Part shown: positions 54,050 through 63,546 of the stretch, piece after piece
Layout: each line of letters starts with the position of its first letter
Position numbering within the stretch: the stretch's first letter is position 1
Source: Candidatus Micrarchaeota archaeon
GTDB lineage: Archaea > Micrarchaeota > Micrarchaeia > Micrarchaeales > Micrarchaeaceae
Direction of reading: 5' to 3'
Assembly: GCA_021791535.1 (NCBI GenBank)
Contig: JAJYWI010000008.1
Location: forward strand, 614-64,613
Length of the DNA stretch: 64,000 bases
Program-made: the position numbers and the translations under genes
The notes under the pieces: generated by a model
Told to the model about the DNA's origin: nothing
The model's database searches: none
What the model saw: the letters and a program-made list of their open reading frames with translations, nothing else

Positions 54050-54778
54050 CTACTTCGCGCTCCTTGCCATGCGCTCGGTCTCATTCTTCCTCTTTATCGC
54101 ATAGCTGTTTATGTCGTTCTTGGATGCCAGTATCAGCTCGTTCGCGAGCGCCTGCGCGAATGTGCGCTTGTTCCTGAATGCTCCTGTCACCGTCGCCATC
54201 GCTATGTTCCTCAGTGCTATGTCAAGGCGCCTGCTCGCACTGACGTCTACAGCCACGTTCGATATTATTCCCCCGTATCTCACTCTCGTGGTATCCTCGA
54301 TTGGCGCGCTGTTCTCCAGGGCCATTACTAGCACCTGGATTGGGTTCCGGCCAGTCTGCCTGCTCACCATTTCGAACGCCTCCATTATCGACCTCGTCAC
54401 CTTAATCTTCTTGCCCTGCAGCCTCCCTTTTGTCCTTATCACCTTGCCGCCGATCTTTCCGCCTGTCCCGCCGCGCATCAGGGCATTCTCCAGCCTCTCT
54501 ATTATGTTGAGGTTTGCCTTGTGGAACGTGCTCTGGCTCTTCCTGCCGTACGAGTTCGGATACGCTATCGGCTTGAGGTTGATGTAGTTCTTCATGCTTG
54601 GGTCGTAGACCTCTACATCGTAGCTGTACTTGTTGAACAGCATCGTCGATTCCGATATGAATATGTCCTTTTTCTGCGCTTCGTTGGATTGAGCAGCCGC
54701 TTTCTTCCTTCTCTGGGCCGGTCTAGGCTGCGCAGCCGCCTGCTCGTCCGCTGCCTGTGGCTGCTGCTCGTCTCCCAT
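54050..54778 (-). CDS. rps7: 30S ribosomal protein S7 with an N-terminal Q/A/P-rich extension of about 45 aa
   Basis: uS7 core (KANLNIIERLENALMRGG..., IALRNIAMA) in the S12-S7-EF2 order. Confidence 0.9.
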   Translation of the reverse strand: MGDEQQPQAADEQAAAQPRPAQRRKKAAAQSNEAQKKDIFISESTMLFNKYSYDVEVYDPSMKNYINLKPIAYPNSYGRKSQSTFHKANLNIIERLENALMRGGTGGKIGGKVIRTKGRLQGKKIKVTRSIMEAFEMVSRQTGRNPIQVLVMALENSAPIEDTTRVRYGGIISNVAVDVSASRRLDIALRNIAMATVTGAFRNKRTFAQALANELILASKNDINSYAIKRKNETERMARSAK

Positions 54779-54782
54779 CCGA

Positions 54783-55211
54783 TCATCTCTTCTGCTTTTC
54801 GGCCTTGCCTTTGATTATCCTAACAAGGTTTGTGCCGTTGACCTCTACGACCTTATACTTCCAGCCCGGTATGCATCCCATCTGCCCCCTCTGCGAGCCT
54901 CCCATACCGACCACGGTGACCTCGTCGTGCTCATCTATGAAGTTGATGGCGCCGTCCCCTGGCGCGTATGCGCTGACAACCTTGTGGTTCTTTATGAACT
55001 GCAGCTTCACCCCTTTGATTATTCCAGAGTGCGGCTGCTTCTGCTCTGCGGATATCTTCTGGAGCACTATTCCCTTGGCCATCGGCACCGTGCCCATCGG
55101 GTCGTACTTCTGCTTCAGGTGGAAAAGCCTTCTTTTCAGCGGTTTCTTGAGAAGCCTCTGGTGCTTTCGCTGCCTCACCAGCTTTCTTGCAGCAAATTCA
55201 CCGTTCGGCAT
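54783..55211 (-). CDS. rps12: 30S ribosomal protein S12
   Basis: KQPHSGIIKGVKLQ and GDGAINFIDEHDEV blocks, positioned upstream of S7. Confidence 0.9.
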   Translation of the reverse strand: MPNGEFAARKLVRQRKHQRLLKKPLKRRLFHLKQKYDPMGTVPMAKGIVLQKISAEQKQPHSGIIKGVKLQFIKNHKVVSAYAPGDGAINFIDEHDEVTVVGMGGSQRGQMGCIPGWKYKVVEVNGTNLVRIIKGKAEKQKR

Positions 55212-55215
55212 GTTA

Positions 55216-55509
55216 TCAATCCTTGAGTATGTTGGAGTGCCCGGCGTCTATCACTGACAGCACAGATATAGAATAGGGCTTGCCGCACACAGAGCCTAGC
55301 TCTACCGGGTTTCCCTCAAACTTTACGACCTTCACTCCTGCCACGCCAGCCAGGTGCAGTATATCCTCCAGGTTGCTCTCCTTGTTCTTTGACGTGACTA
55401 TCACAAGCTTCGCCGTATTGTCCTTTATCGAATCGATCACAGTGTTGAACCCTATCGCTGCCTTACCGCTGTCCACAGCTAGACGTATATCATTTGTCAA
55501 ATCTGCCAT
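55216..55509 (-). CDS. rpl30e: 50S ribosomal protein L30e
   Basis: SGKAAIGFNTVIDSIKDNTAKLVIVTSK and VVKFEGNPVELGSVCGKPY signatures. Confidence 0.85.
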   Translation of the reverse strand: MADLTNDIRLAVDSGKAAIGFNTVIDSIKDNTAKLVIVTSKNKESNLEDILHLAGVAGVKVVKFEGNPVELGSVCGKPYSISVLSVIDAGHSNILKD

Positions 55510-55622
55510 GCAAAACACGCCAGAAGTAAGAATCCGCCGCGTGGGGAAGACTCAGAGATATTCTCGTGGAAAAGTATATATAGGTGCATGGTAGGGGCGC
55601 GTCCGTCAGGCGCATTGGCGCT

Positions 55623-55925
55623 TCAGGCGTGTATCAGCATCGGCACCACGAATATTGCGAACATTATGTCAATGAAAACTACGACGGTTATCGCAACATA
55701 AATGTAATTCCTTTCCATCGCAAAGGAGAATATCGAAAGCAGCACCCTCGCGATTGGGGTTGAGAAAAGTATGAAGATGCCGAGAATCATGAGCTCGTAT
55801 CCAAGCTGGTAGGAGCTGGCGGACGCATAGGCAAGCAGTATGCCGATAACAAGTACAGCTGCGCTTGCTATCACGCCGACCCTGAGTGTCCACGATATCG
55901 CAGTTTCCATGTTTGCTCCATTCAT
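55623..55925 (-). CDS. DUF1634-like small membrane protein
   Basis: Three TM segments. ATGA overlap with the upstream TauE/SafE-family gene, which is the usual partner arrangement. Confidence 0.55.
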   Translation of the reverse strand: MNGANMETAISWTLRVGVIASAAVLVIGILLAYASASSYQLGYELMILGIFILFSTPIARVLLSIFSFAMERNYIYVAITVVVFIDIMFAIFVVPMLIHA

Positions 55926-56770
55926 GCTATACCAACTCCTCTCAATATTGATTCTACGGCTACGATCACCAGTATGACGAGGAATACGCGGGTTATGATC
56001 TTGTTCCTCTCGTTTTCCATCACCTTGCTCCCCATATATGCACCTATCGCAGTGCCGACCACCACAGGTGCGACAAGAGTAGGCCTTATGTATCCAAGCG
56101 CCCAGTATATGCCGCTGCCTGTCACAGCGGTCACCCCTATCATGAAGTCACTTGTCGCTGTGCTGACCTTGATTGGCAGGCGCATAGCTGAGTCCATGCC
56201 AAGGACCTTCAGTACACCGGAGCCTATGCCCAGCAGCCCGGAGAGGAAGCCTGCGCAGATCATGACCAACTCCCCCCATAGCCACCTAACACCCTTGTAA
56301 TGCACATTCCTTTTTGATGACTTGTCGTAGTAGCTGCCATCGAGCTGGAGGATTCTCGTTGATCTGTCGCCCTTCGTGGTCACTGCCCTGCTTTTCCTTC
56401 TCAACATTACGTACAGCGAGGAGAGGAGGGCTATGCCGAAAAGCACCAGTATCGCATCCGAGAGGTTGTGCGCGTAGATGGCCGCTGCTGCAAGAGCGCC
56501 GCCTATCGCGCCCATTGTCGTACCTATCTCTAGAGACATGCCTATGCGTATGTTCGTTATCCTGTCGCGGATATAAGCAGCGGCTGCACCGCTTGATGTC
56601 GCAATTGTGGCCACAAGGCTGGCTCCTACCGCGTACTCTACCGGAACGCCGAGGAAAATTGCTAGCACAGGCATTATCACGACGGCGCCGCCAAGGCCTG
56701 TCATAGATCCGATGAAGCCAGCAGCGACTCCGATTACGGCAAGCAGCAATGTATAGAGAACCTGCATCAA
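55922..56770 (-). CDS. TauE/SafE (DUF81) family anion exporter
   Basis: About 8 TM protein with repeated GxGGG-type motifs (GSMTGLGGAVV, GLLGIGSGV). Confidence 0.75.
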   Translation of the reverse strand: MMQVLYTLLLAVIGVAAGFIGSMTGLGGAVVIMPVLAIFLGVPVEYAVGASLVATIATSSGAAAAYIRDRITNIRIGMSLEIGTTMGAIGGALAAAAIYAHNLSDAILVLFGIALLSSLYVMLRRKSRAVTTKGDRSTRILQLDGSYYDKSSKRNVHYKGVRWLWGELVMICAGFLSGLLGIGSGVLKVLGMDSAMRLPIKVSTATSDFMIGVTAVTGSGIYWALGYIRPTLVAPVVVGTAIGAYMGSKVMENERNKIITRVFLVILVIVAVESILRGVGIA

Positions 56771-56818
56771 TGAATCATATGCTGATTGTACGCGCTAGCT
56801 TAAAAATCAGTGCGGATC

Positions 56819-57823
56819 TCAGTCCTGCAGCACTGAGCTGCACCCGGCAGGCTGGTTTAGCATGCCGGTCAATATGAGCTTCAGGTAGCCTATGAACGGC
56901 ACCGAACCTATCACCTTCCCCTCGACGTAGGATTGGTTGGCCGGCAGGTTCTGATACTGCATGTCAAGCCCTGGGTTGTTGTCGCCCTTTGTAAGGTAAT
57001 AGTATGTGCCGCTAGCGTTAAGTATCGCATAAACCCTGTGGACTATATACGTGTCGCCATCTTTGTAGAATGAATCCTGCGGCACGGTCTTGTAAACTAT
57101 TATGCTGTTGTTCCTATCACCTGTTATCGTAGTATTGCCTATGGTTATCGAGCTCGTATATGCCTCATTCATTACTGTGCCGTTGCTGAATACCACTTCA
57201 GTAACCCCGCATGCGTACTTGACAAGGTTACCTGACTGGTTGGAATACGGCACTATTGAGCCGCTGCCCCCTGAAGACGGCCTGAAAAGCCCTACGGAGT
57301 AGCCAGGCTGCACCACCTGCGATACGAATAGGGTATTGCCGCTCACTTTGTACGCTACGCACTCGAGCGATTCGCTAGCTTGGTTGCCGAGCATTCCCTG
57401 CAGACCGCTCTTCGTGACATTCACCTTTGGCGCACGTATTGTAGATGCGTTCGCTCCCTGCAGGAGTATCATGTCGCCGCGCTGCAGCGATGGCAGCATG
57501 CTGCAGCTCGGGACCGCGTCTATAGGATAATTGGTGTGGAGAACTGCCCTGAGCGCGAACCAGAATGCCACAACTACTACTATGGCGGCTACTATCTCCA
57601 GCACGCTCCTAATCTTCCCGGACTCCCTAGACCCGTTTATTATCTCTAGACCTATGAGGACCACTAGTATCACGAACGTCATCACGCCGAATACGATGGC
57701 CAGTGGTGCGCTGCTTTGGTACACTATGTAAAGGGCGAAAGCGATGACCAGCACTATGTATAGGGGCCATGTCGTTATGCTGCTCCTTTTTGCGCTTTTC
57801 CTGCTGGCCTCCTTGCTAGCCAC
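56819..57823 (-). CDS. Signal peptidase I (archaeal S26 family) with a large extracytoplasmic insert
   Basis: SCSMLPSLQRGDMILL (Ser box), IVHRVYAI, TKGDNN boxes. The GTG start abuts the smc stop. Confidence 0.7.
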   Translation of the reverse strand: MASKEASRKSAKRSSITTWPLYIVLVIAFALYIVYQSSAPLAIVFGVMTFVILVVLIGLEIINGSRESGKIRSVLEIVAAIVVVVAFWFALRAVLHTNYPIDAVPSCSMLPSLQRGDMILLQGANASTIRAPKVNVTKSGLQGMLGNQASESLECVAYKVSGNTLFVSQVVQPGYSVGLFRPSSGGSGSIVPYSNQSGNLVKYACGVTEVVFSNGTVMNEAYTSSITIGNTTITGDRNNSIIVYKTVPQDSFYKDGDTYIVHRVYAILNASGTYYYLTKGDNNPGLDMQYQNLPANQSYVEGKVIGSVPFIGYLKLILTGMLNQPAGCSSVLQD

Positions 57824-60800
57824 TTATACCACTGGCTGCCTGATGTTCGTCAGCTCTATCCCGACGGCCCTTGACTGGTTCTCCTGCTTGACGATGCCTA
57901 TAGCAGTATCTGCCATTGTTATCAGAGGGTCGTTGTGGCTTATCACGACGAACTGTGAGTTCTTGCTCAGCTCCTTCACAAGCTTCGACAGCTTCTTCGA
58001 GTTCTCCTTGTCAAGGGCCACGTCTATCTCGTCGTAGAGATAGAACGACATCGGTTTCCTCATCTGTATCGCAAAGAGAAGCGCGAAGATAATGAGGGAT
58101 TTCTGGCCCCCGGATAGCTCCTCCTCGCTGTGCTTCCTGTTAGCCGTCTGTATGTTGAAAAGCAGCTTGGCGTTGAAAGGCTCGCTCGGATTGTCAAGAT
58201 AGAGGTACGCGGATCCGTCGAATATGCTGCTGTACAGCCTCTTGAAGTTCTCGTTGACCTGCGCGAACGTCTCGTTGAATGCGTTGAGCCTCCTGGACTC
58301 TATCTCGCCTACCATCGTCATGATGGAATCCTTCTCCCTGTTCAGTATTCCGAGCTTCCTGGCCGCCTCGTCAACATCCTTCTTCCTCTGCGCATACGCT
58401 TCAGGGGCCTTGAGGTTCACGTTGCCGAGCAGCTCCATCTCGTGCCTGCACTCCAGCTGCTTGGTCTCGAGCTCCTGCACGTCCTTGAACGACACCTGTT
58501 CTATCTCGGTGTAGGAGAGCAGCTCTGCCTTTATGTCGCTTAGCCTTGTCTGCAGCTGCGACCTCCTAGACTCTGCCTCCATCATCTCCTTCTCAAGCCT
58601 GGCCATCTCACCTGTCATCCTGCCCTTCTGCTGTGCCGTGCCATTGATCTTATCATCATGCTCCTGGAGCTCCTTAAGCAGCGAGTCTGAGCTCGAGCTC
58701 CTGTCCTTTATGCTCTCCTGTATCTCCAGCTTCTTCTTGCCATGGTCTGCGATAGCCGAGTCGGCGTCAGTGATCTGCGCCTTCGAAGCCGTTATCGAAG
58801 CTTCCTCACCCTTCAGCTCCTTGGCTATCTGCTTTGCCCTATCGGCCCTCATCTCATTCTCCTTCTCTATCGACCCAAGCCTGACCTTGATGCCCTCTAC
58901 CTCTTCCCTAAGGCCCTTCAGCCTGTCGGCGCTCTGCTTGCCGTCGTGACCAGGCTTCTTTGAGCCTGCCGACCTGTTCAGCGCGGCGTACAGGCTGCTG
59001 CATTCAGCCTTGAGCTCCTCCTTCTCCTTCTCTATCTCTATCTTCCTGCTTGCGAAGCCCCCCTTGGACTTGCTAAGCGCCTCTACTCTCTCCGCCATGC
59101 CAGATGACGCCTTTGAAAGGGCGTTGACCGTACCCTCGAGCTTCAAGAACTCTGCCTGCAGGAACTTTGACCTTGCTTGGCCCTCAGCGGCCTCGATTTC
59201 GAATGAAGCCGCAGCCCTCCTCCTCTGCTCCAGCTCGACCTCATTCTCACGCATCCTGATCGTTAAGGCGCTCTTCTCTGATGCTAGCTTGTTGAGTTTC
59301 GCTTCAAGCACGGCAGGCAGCTGCTGCACCCCTAGCTTGCCGCCCGTCACTATTCCGGACTGCTCCACCACGTCGCCGTCCAGAGTGACCATCCTACGCT
59401 TACCGATCCCATTACCGGCCCTTATCTTATCCACTATGTACGTGTTCGAGAATATGTATTCGAATGCCTTCCTGTATTTGGCATCGAACTTGACCTTGCT
59501 TATGAGCGGATCCATGCCATTTATTTCCCCGGTCTCTTGTGCGTTTATCTCTTTAAGGGGTATGAACGACGCCCTGCCTAGCCCCTTCGCCTTTATTATC
59601 TCTACCGCCTGGCTGGCCGCGTCGACAGAATCAACGACAAAATAGTTCAGCCTGCTTGACCCTGCAGCGTATACCGCGACAGCGTACTTGCTGTCATAGC
59701 TGCAGAGCTCCGATGCCCTGCCGTAGAACCCTTTCTTCATCTCCGACTTGAGCACTGACGCGATCTTGTCTGCGCCCCTTCCCGACATGGCGAGCGACTC
59801 CCTGACATTTATCATCTCGGTGTCGCAAACCGACATCCTCTCCCGGAGCTCATCCGTCTTCTTATTGTATGAGGAGAGCTCTTTCCTGGCGATTACGGCT
59901 CGCTCCTCGGCAGACGCTATCTTCGACTGCAGCGCCTGCAGCTCCTTTGCTGTCGCATCATGCTCTGCGTGCAGCTCGCCAAGCCTCTGCTTCGCATCCT
60001 TCAGCCCCTCCTCGTGCTTCGAGAGCTCTAAATTGCACGATACGTATTCGGCATTGACGCTAGACAGCCGCGATTCAAGCGCCTCTAGCTCCTTCTGCTT
60101 TTCTGAGTACTTTGTGATCAGTTCCTTCTCCCCGGCGCCTATGTCGATCTTTTGCAGCTCCTGCTCGCTCTCGGCAAGCCTGGCCTTCAGGGTTCCAGCC
60201 AGCTTGGAATTCTGCTCAATCTGGATTTTTATCTGATTGGATTCGTCCTTGAGCTGCCTTACACGCTCTTTGCTCTTCGCCAACGCCTCCTGTATGTGTG
60301 CTTTCTCCGACTCCTTTATCCTTATTATGGAGTTTGCCTCCTCTATCAGCTTGTTGGCAGTGGCGAGCTCTATCGAGCTCTCGTTGAGCTTCTTCGTCAG
60401 CTTCTCTTTGTATGCGGTGGCATCCGAGAGCTCGTCGTCGAGCTTCTTCAGCTGCATTTCGATGTCCTTCTGCCTGCCTGCAGCCCTTTCGTGTCCCTCG
60501 ACAGCTTTCTCGTATTCAGCGCCTATCTGCGCCTCCCTCGCCTTAAGTATCGTGTAGGCGACCCTCTTTGATGTGGTGAGAAGCTCGGTATACCTCTCTG
60601 CATCGGCCTTTTCCTTCTCAAGCTCATTGAGGAATGCCTGCCTTTCGTTAAGCTGTATATTCGATTCTGTTATCTTTGCATCGACCTTCTCAAGCTCCCT
60701 CATGGCGCTCTCTTTCTTGTCGTCGAATTCCTTTACTCCTGCCGCGACATCGATCAGCCCCCTGCGTTCCCGCGGGCTGAGGCTGAGAAGCTTGCTTATC

Positions 60801-61216
60801 TCGCCCTGCGCTATCGTGTTCGTCTCGTTTATCTCAGCTTTGTGGGCTTTCAGCACGTCGAGAAGCTCCTGCCTCGTTGCCCTCTTTCCATTTATCCTAT
60901 AGGCTATCTTGTTGTTCGACTTTATCATTCTTGATACGTCGAGGTTCTCGTCCCCTGTGAAGGAGACCGTAACGTACGCCCTTCTCACGCCGTCATCCTT
61001 TGACGACTTGGCCGTGCTGTTTATCAGCCCTTTCGCTGAAGACACCCTCATGCGCTTCAGAGAGGATTCGCCTAGGGCAAAAAGGAGGGCGTCGCATACG
61101 TTCGACTTTCCAGAACCGTTTGGCCCGACTATGCAGTTGAAGCCCTTGCTAAGGTTCAGGCTCGCATGCTTGAATGACTTGAAGTTGTGAATCGTTATTC
61201 TATCCAAGTATAGCAT
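57824..61216 (-). CDS. smc: Chromosome segregation protein SMC
   Basis: Walker A GPNGSGKSN, long coiled coils, hinge, signature LSGGQKSL, Walker B LYDEIDVALD. Confidence 0.92.
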   Translation of the reverse strand: MLYLDRITIHNFKSFKHASLNLSKGFNCIVGPNGSGKSNVCDALLFALGESSLKRMRVSSAKGLINSTAKSSKDDGVRRAYVTVSFTGDENLDVSRMIKSNNKIAYRINGKRATRQELLDVLKAHKAEINETNTIAQGEISKLLSLSPRERRGLIDVAAGVKEFDDKKESAMRELEKVDAKITESNIQLNERQAFLNELEKEKADAERYTELLTTSKRVAYTILKAREAQIGAEYEKAVEGHERAAGRQKDIEMQLKKLDDELSDATAYKEKLTKKLNESSIELATANKLIEEANSIIRIKESEKAHIQEALAKSKERVRQLKDESNQIKIQIEQNSKLAGTLKARLAESEQELQKIDIGAGEKELITKYSEKQKELEALESRLSSVNAEYVSCNLELSKHEEGLKDAKQRLGELHAEHDATAKELQALQSKIASAEERAVIARKELSSYNKKTDELRERMSVCDTEMINVRESLAMSGRGADKIASVLKSEMKKGFYGRASELCSYDSKYAVAVYAAGSSRLNYFVVDSVDAASQAVEIIKAKGLGRASFIPLKEINAQETGEINGMDPLISKVKFDAKYRKAFEYIFSNTYIVDKIRAGNGIGKRRMVTLDGDVVEQSGIVTGGKLGVQQLPAVLEAKLNKLASEKSALTIRMRENEVELEQRRRAAASFEIEAAEGQARSKFLQAEFLKLEGTVNALSKASSGMAERVEALSKSKGGFASRKIEIEKEKEELKAECSSLYAALNRSAGSKKPGHDGKQSADRLKGLREEVEGIKVRLGSIEKENEMRADRAKQIAKELKGEEASITASKAQITDADSAIADHGKKKLEIQESIKDRSSSSDSLLKELQEHDDKINGTAQQKGRMTGEMARLEKEMMEAESRRSQLQTRLSDIKAELLSYTEIEQVSFKDVQELETKQLECRHEMELLGNVNLKAPEAYAQRKKDVDEAARKLGILNREKDSIMTMVGEIESRRLNAFNETFAQVNENFKRLYSSIFDGSAYLYLDNPSEPFNAKLLFNIQTANRKHSEEELSGGQKSLIIFALLFAIQMRKPMSFYLYDEIDVALDKENSKKLSKLVKELSKNSQFVVISHNDPLITMADTAIGIVKQENQSRAVGIELTNIRQPVV

Positions 61217-61279
61217 TAATCCACCAGGGTCGCGCTGGTTACTTATTAGTGCTTGCGTTCCTTATTTATAGCTTTTGAT

Positions 61280-62395
61280 TTAGCGGCTCTTAGTCCCCTT
61301 TGATTTCTGGGCCCTTGAAAGGTACAGTTGTAGCGCCGCCTCTATGTTCGGAGCATACATAACCCCTATGAGTTTGCCTCCCTTCATCACGGCAAGCGTA
61401 TCGATCTCGTCGTTCCTCATCGTCTCTATCACCTTGGAGAGACTCTCATTGTACGGTATGCGCTTCACAGGCGTAGTGAAATAAGCTGTGCTCCCTGGGA
61501 TGATAACCTTGTGATTTTCCATCATCTTTGCCAGCTGCTTTTCCGATGCCTTCATTAGCCGGTTCCCTTTCCTTATCAGTACCACTCTGGTGCCCCTGTC
61601 GAGCATTGCCTTGTAGATGGATTCGATGCTCATGCCCCTTTTCACTATTATGTAGTTGCTGCTCATCATATCCGCGGCTTTCATCATGTCCGTATGCATC
61701 TTTACAACGGCAGCCTGCATCTCCGCCCTTGCGCCGTCGTAAAGGAAGAGGGCTATTATCACGTCCCAGAACACTATGAACTCGCGGTATACGAATGTCG
61801 CGTTCGGCAGTACAACCGCGTAGGCCACGGTGCCGAGTATGAGCGCGACGACGACCCAATTGCTGGCTCTGACGGCCATACGGGTTGACTCCATGAAGCT
61901 GTGCTTCCTCTGAAGGTAGCTCCTTAGCACCCTGCCTCCGTCAAGCGGGAAGCCAGGCAGCAGGTTGAACAGGCCGAGCAATATGTTTATCTCGAAGAGG
62001 AACTGCACACCCTGCTTAAGGAAGCCTGTGCCTGGGATGTAGAGCCATAGCGCTCCGAAAACAACGCCCAACGCTATGCTAGTCAATGGTCCTGCTATCG
62101 CTATCCTGAACTCAACATCTGGCTTTACCTTATCCATGTCTATAACAGACGCTCCGCCTATCGGAAGGAGTATTATTTTCTTGACGCGTATGTGGTTGCG
62201 CTGCGAGACTATGGAGTGGGCGAGCTCATGGATTAGAACGCAGACGAAGAGTATTATTATGAGCGTGAAGAGGAAGAGTCCCTCTGCGGATGTGGCAAGG
62301 AAGACGAATGCGAGGAGTATTAGCGCCAGGAAAGTCCAATGCAGCTGTATAGTTATGCCTGAGATCTTGCCTATGTTTGGCGAAAGTGAGACCAT
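61280..62395 (-). CDS. M50 family metalloprotease with tandem CBS domains
   Basis: HELAHS zinc motif and LPGFPLDGGR motif in the TM core. C-terminal CBS-like repeats. Confidence 0.8.
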   Translation of the reverse strand: MVSLSPNIGKISGITIQLHWTFLALILLAFVFLATSAEGLFLFTLIIILFVCVLIHELAHSIVSQRNHIRVKKIILLPIGGASVIDMDKVKPDVEFRIAIAGPLTSIALGVVFGALWLYIPGTGFLKQGVQFLFEINILLGLFNLLPGFPLDGGRVLRSYLQRKHSFMESTRMAVRASNWVVVALILGTVAYAVVLPNATFVYREFIVFWDVIIALFLYDGARAEMQAAVVKMHTDMMKAADMMSSNYIIVKRGMSIESIYKAMLDRGTRVVLIRKGNRLMKASEKQLAKMMENHKVIIPGSTAYFTTPVKRIPYNESLSKVIETMRNDEIDTLAVMKGGKLIGVMYAPNIEAALQLYLSRAQKSKGTKSR

Positions 62396-62441
62396 GAAAG
62401 CACGTTATTAATGCTCCGATTAATATAGTAATCTGTGTTTT

Positions 62442-63197
62442 ATGTCCGTTTACCGGCTTAGATTCCTCTATGGCAGCGCTGCTCTCCTCCTCCACAGCAA
62501 TGCGGACCGCTATATCGTGCTTGGCGACCTCCATTTGGGCCTTGAGCGCAAGCTCCGCGATAGGGGGATACGCCTATACGGGGTTGCAGAGCACATGGCA
62601 AAGCAGATAAAGAAGTTGGCGGACGACAACAAGGCAGATAGCATTATACTGCTGGGTGATATAAAGGAGAGCATAATGTACCCTGATAGCGGCGAAAAGC
62701 GGGAAATAAACGAATTCTTTGCACTTTTGGAAGGCTTCAGGATAAGGATTGCGGTTGGGAACCACGATGGGCACCTGAGCGAGTTGGTTACGGTGCCGGT
62801 GGAGGACGAGATAATAATAGGCAATGTAGCCATGCTGCACGGGCACATGTGGCCCTCGGATGCCGCAATGGCCAAGGATTACATTGTAGTGGCGCACAAT
62901 CACGTAGCGGTTTCGTTCAAGGACGAGAAGGGGGCTGTGTACAGCCATAAAGCATGGCTGGTGGCGAAAGTGGACCATGATGGTGCTGGAAAGAGATATG
63001 AAAAGTTCAACATGAATGCAAAGCTGATAGTTATGCCGGCTTTCAATGACCTGATAACCGGAAGGGCTGTTAACGAGTTTGAAGGGACCCACATAAACCC
63101 GCTGTTCAGAAATAGGATATTCGACTACGAGAATGCCGATATATATTCTATGGATGGCAGCGTTTTAGGCACGCCGTCATCACTTGCCAAGCTTTGA
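62442..63197 (+). CDS. Calcineurin-like metallophosphoesterase (second COG1407-like paralog)
   Basis: DLHLG, LGDIKESI, GNHDGH, HGHMWP, AHNH motifs, collinear with 32366-33112. Confidence 0.7.
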   Translation: MSVYRLRFLYGSAALLLHSNADRYIVLGDLHLGLERKLRDRGIRLYGVAEHMAKQIKKLADDNKADSIILLGDIKESIMYPDSGEKREINEFFALLEGFRIRIAVGNHDGHLSELVTVPVEDEIIIGNVAMLHGHMWPSDAAMAKDYIVVAHNHVAVSFKDEKGAVYSHKAWLVAKVDHDGAGKRYEKFNMNAKLIVMPAFNDLITGRAVNEFEGTHINPLFRNRIFDYENADIYSMDGSVLGTPSSLAKL

Positions 63198-63354
63198 TTT
63201 CCCGCCCTGTTTCTCCATCACTAACTCCCTTGTTATCGACGACAGCGACGAAAATGCCTCCGGGATCTTTTCCAGGCATTTCCCGAGGTATGCCTTCAAC
63301 CATGCATGATGCCGGCTTAACGGCAACTTTAGAATTGGCCGCAGGGGTTTGACT

Positions 63355-63537
63355 TTATTCCTTCCGTATTATAGTTATTGGTATCACGCCGTTATTGAAC
63401 TCCAGCTCAGCAAGGTCTATAGGGTTTATCATCCCTTCCGGGACCTTCACGAGCGGAGGCGCACCATACGCAAGCTGCAGTGCCCTCGCTCCTATTATCG
63501 TGGCCTTTTCGTACTTTGAGTATTCTTCTTCTGCCAT
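63355..63537 (-). CDS. rpoK: DNA-directed RNA polymerase subunit K (Rpo6)
   Basis: KYEKATIIGARALQLAYGAPPLV signature. Confidence 0.85.
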   Translation of the reverse strand: MAEEEYSKYEKATIIGARALQLAYGAPPLVKVPEGMINPIDLAELEFNNGVIPITIIRKE

Positions 63538-63546
63538 TGCATTACC

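Noticed and set aside
63198-63354. Minus-strand ORF of about 50 codons (MVEGIPREMPGKDPGG...) downstream of rpoK
   Set aside because: It has no motif and no clear SD or TATA, and it would overlap the 3' end of the convergent phosphoesterase gene. Evidence is insufficient.
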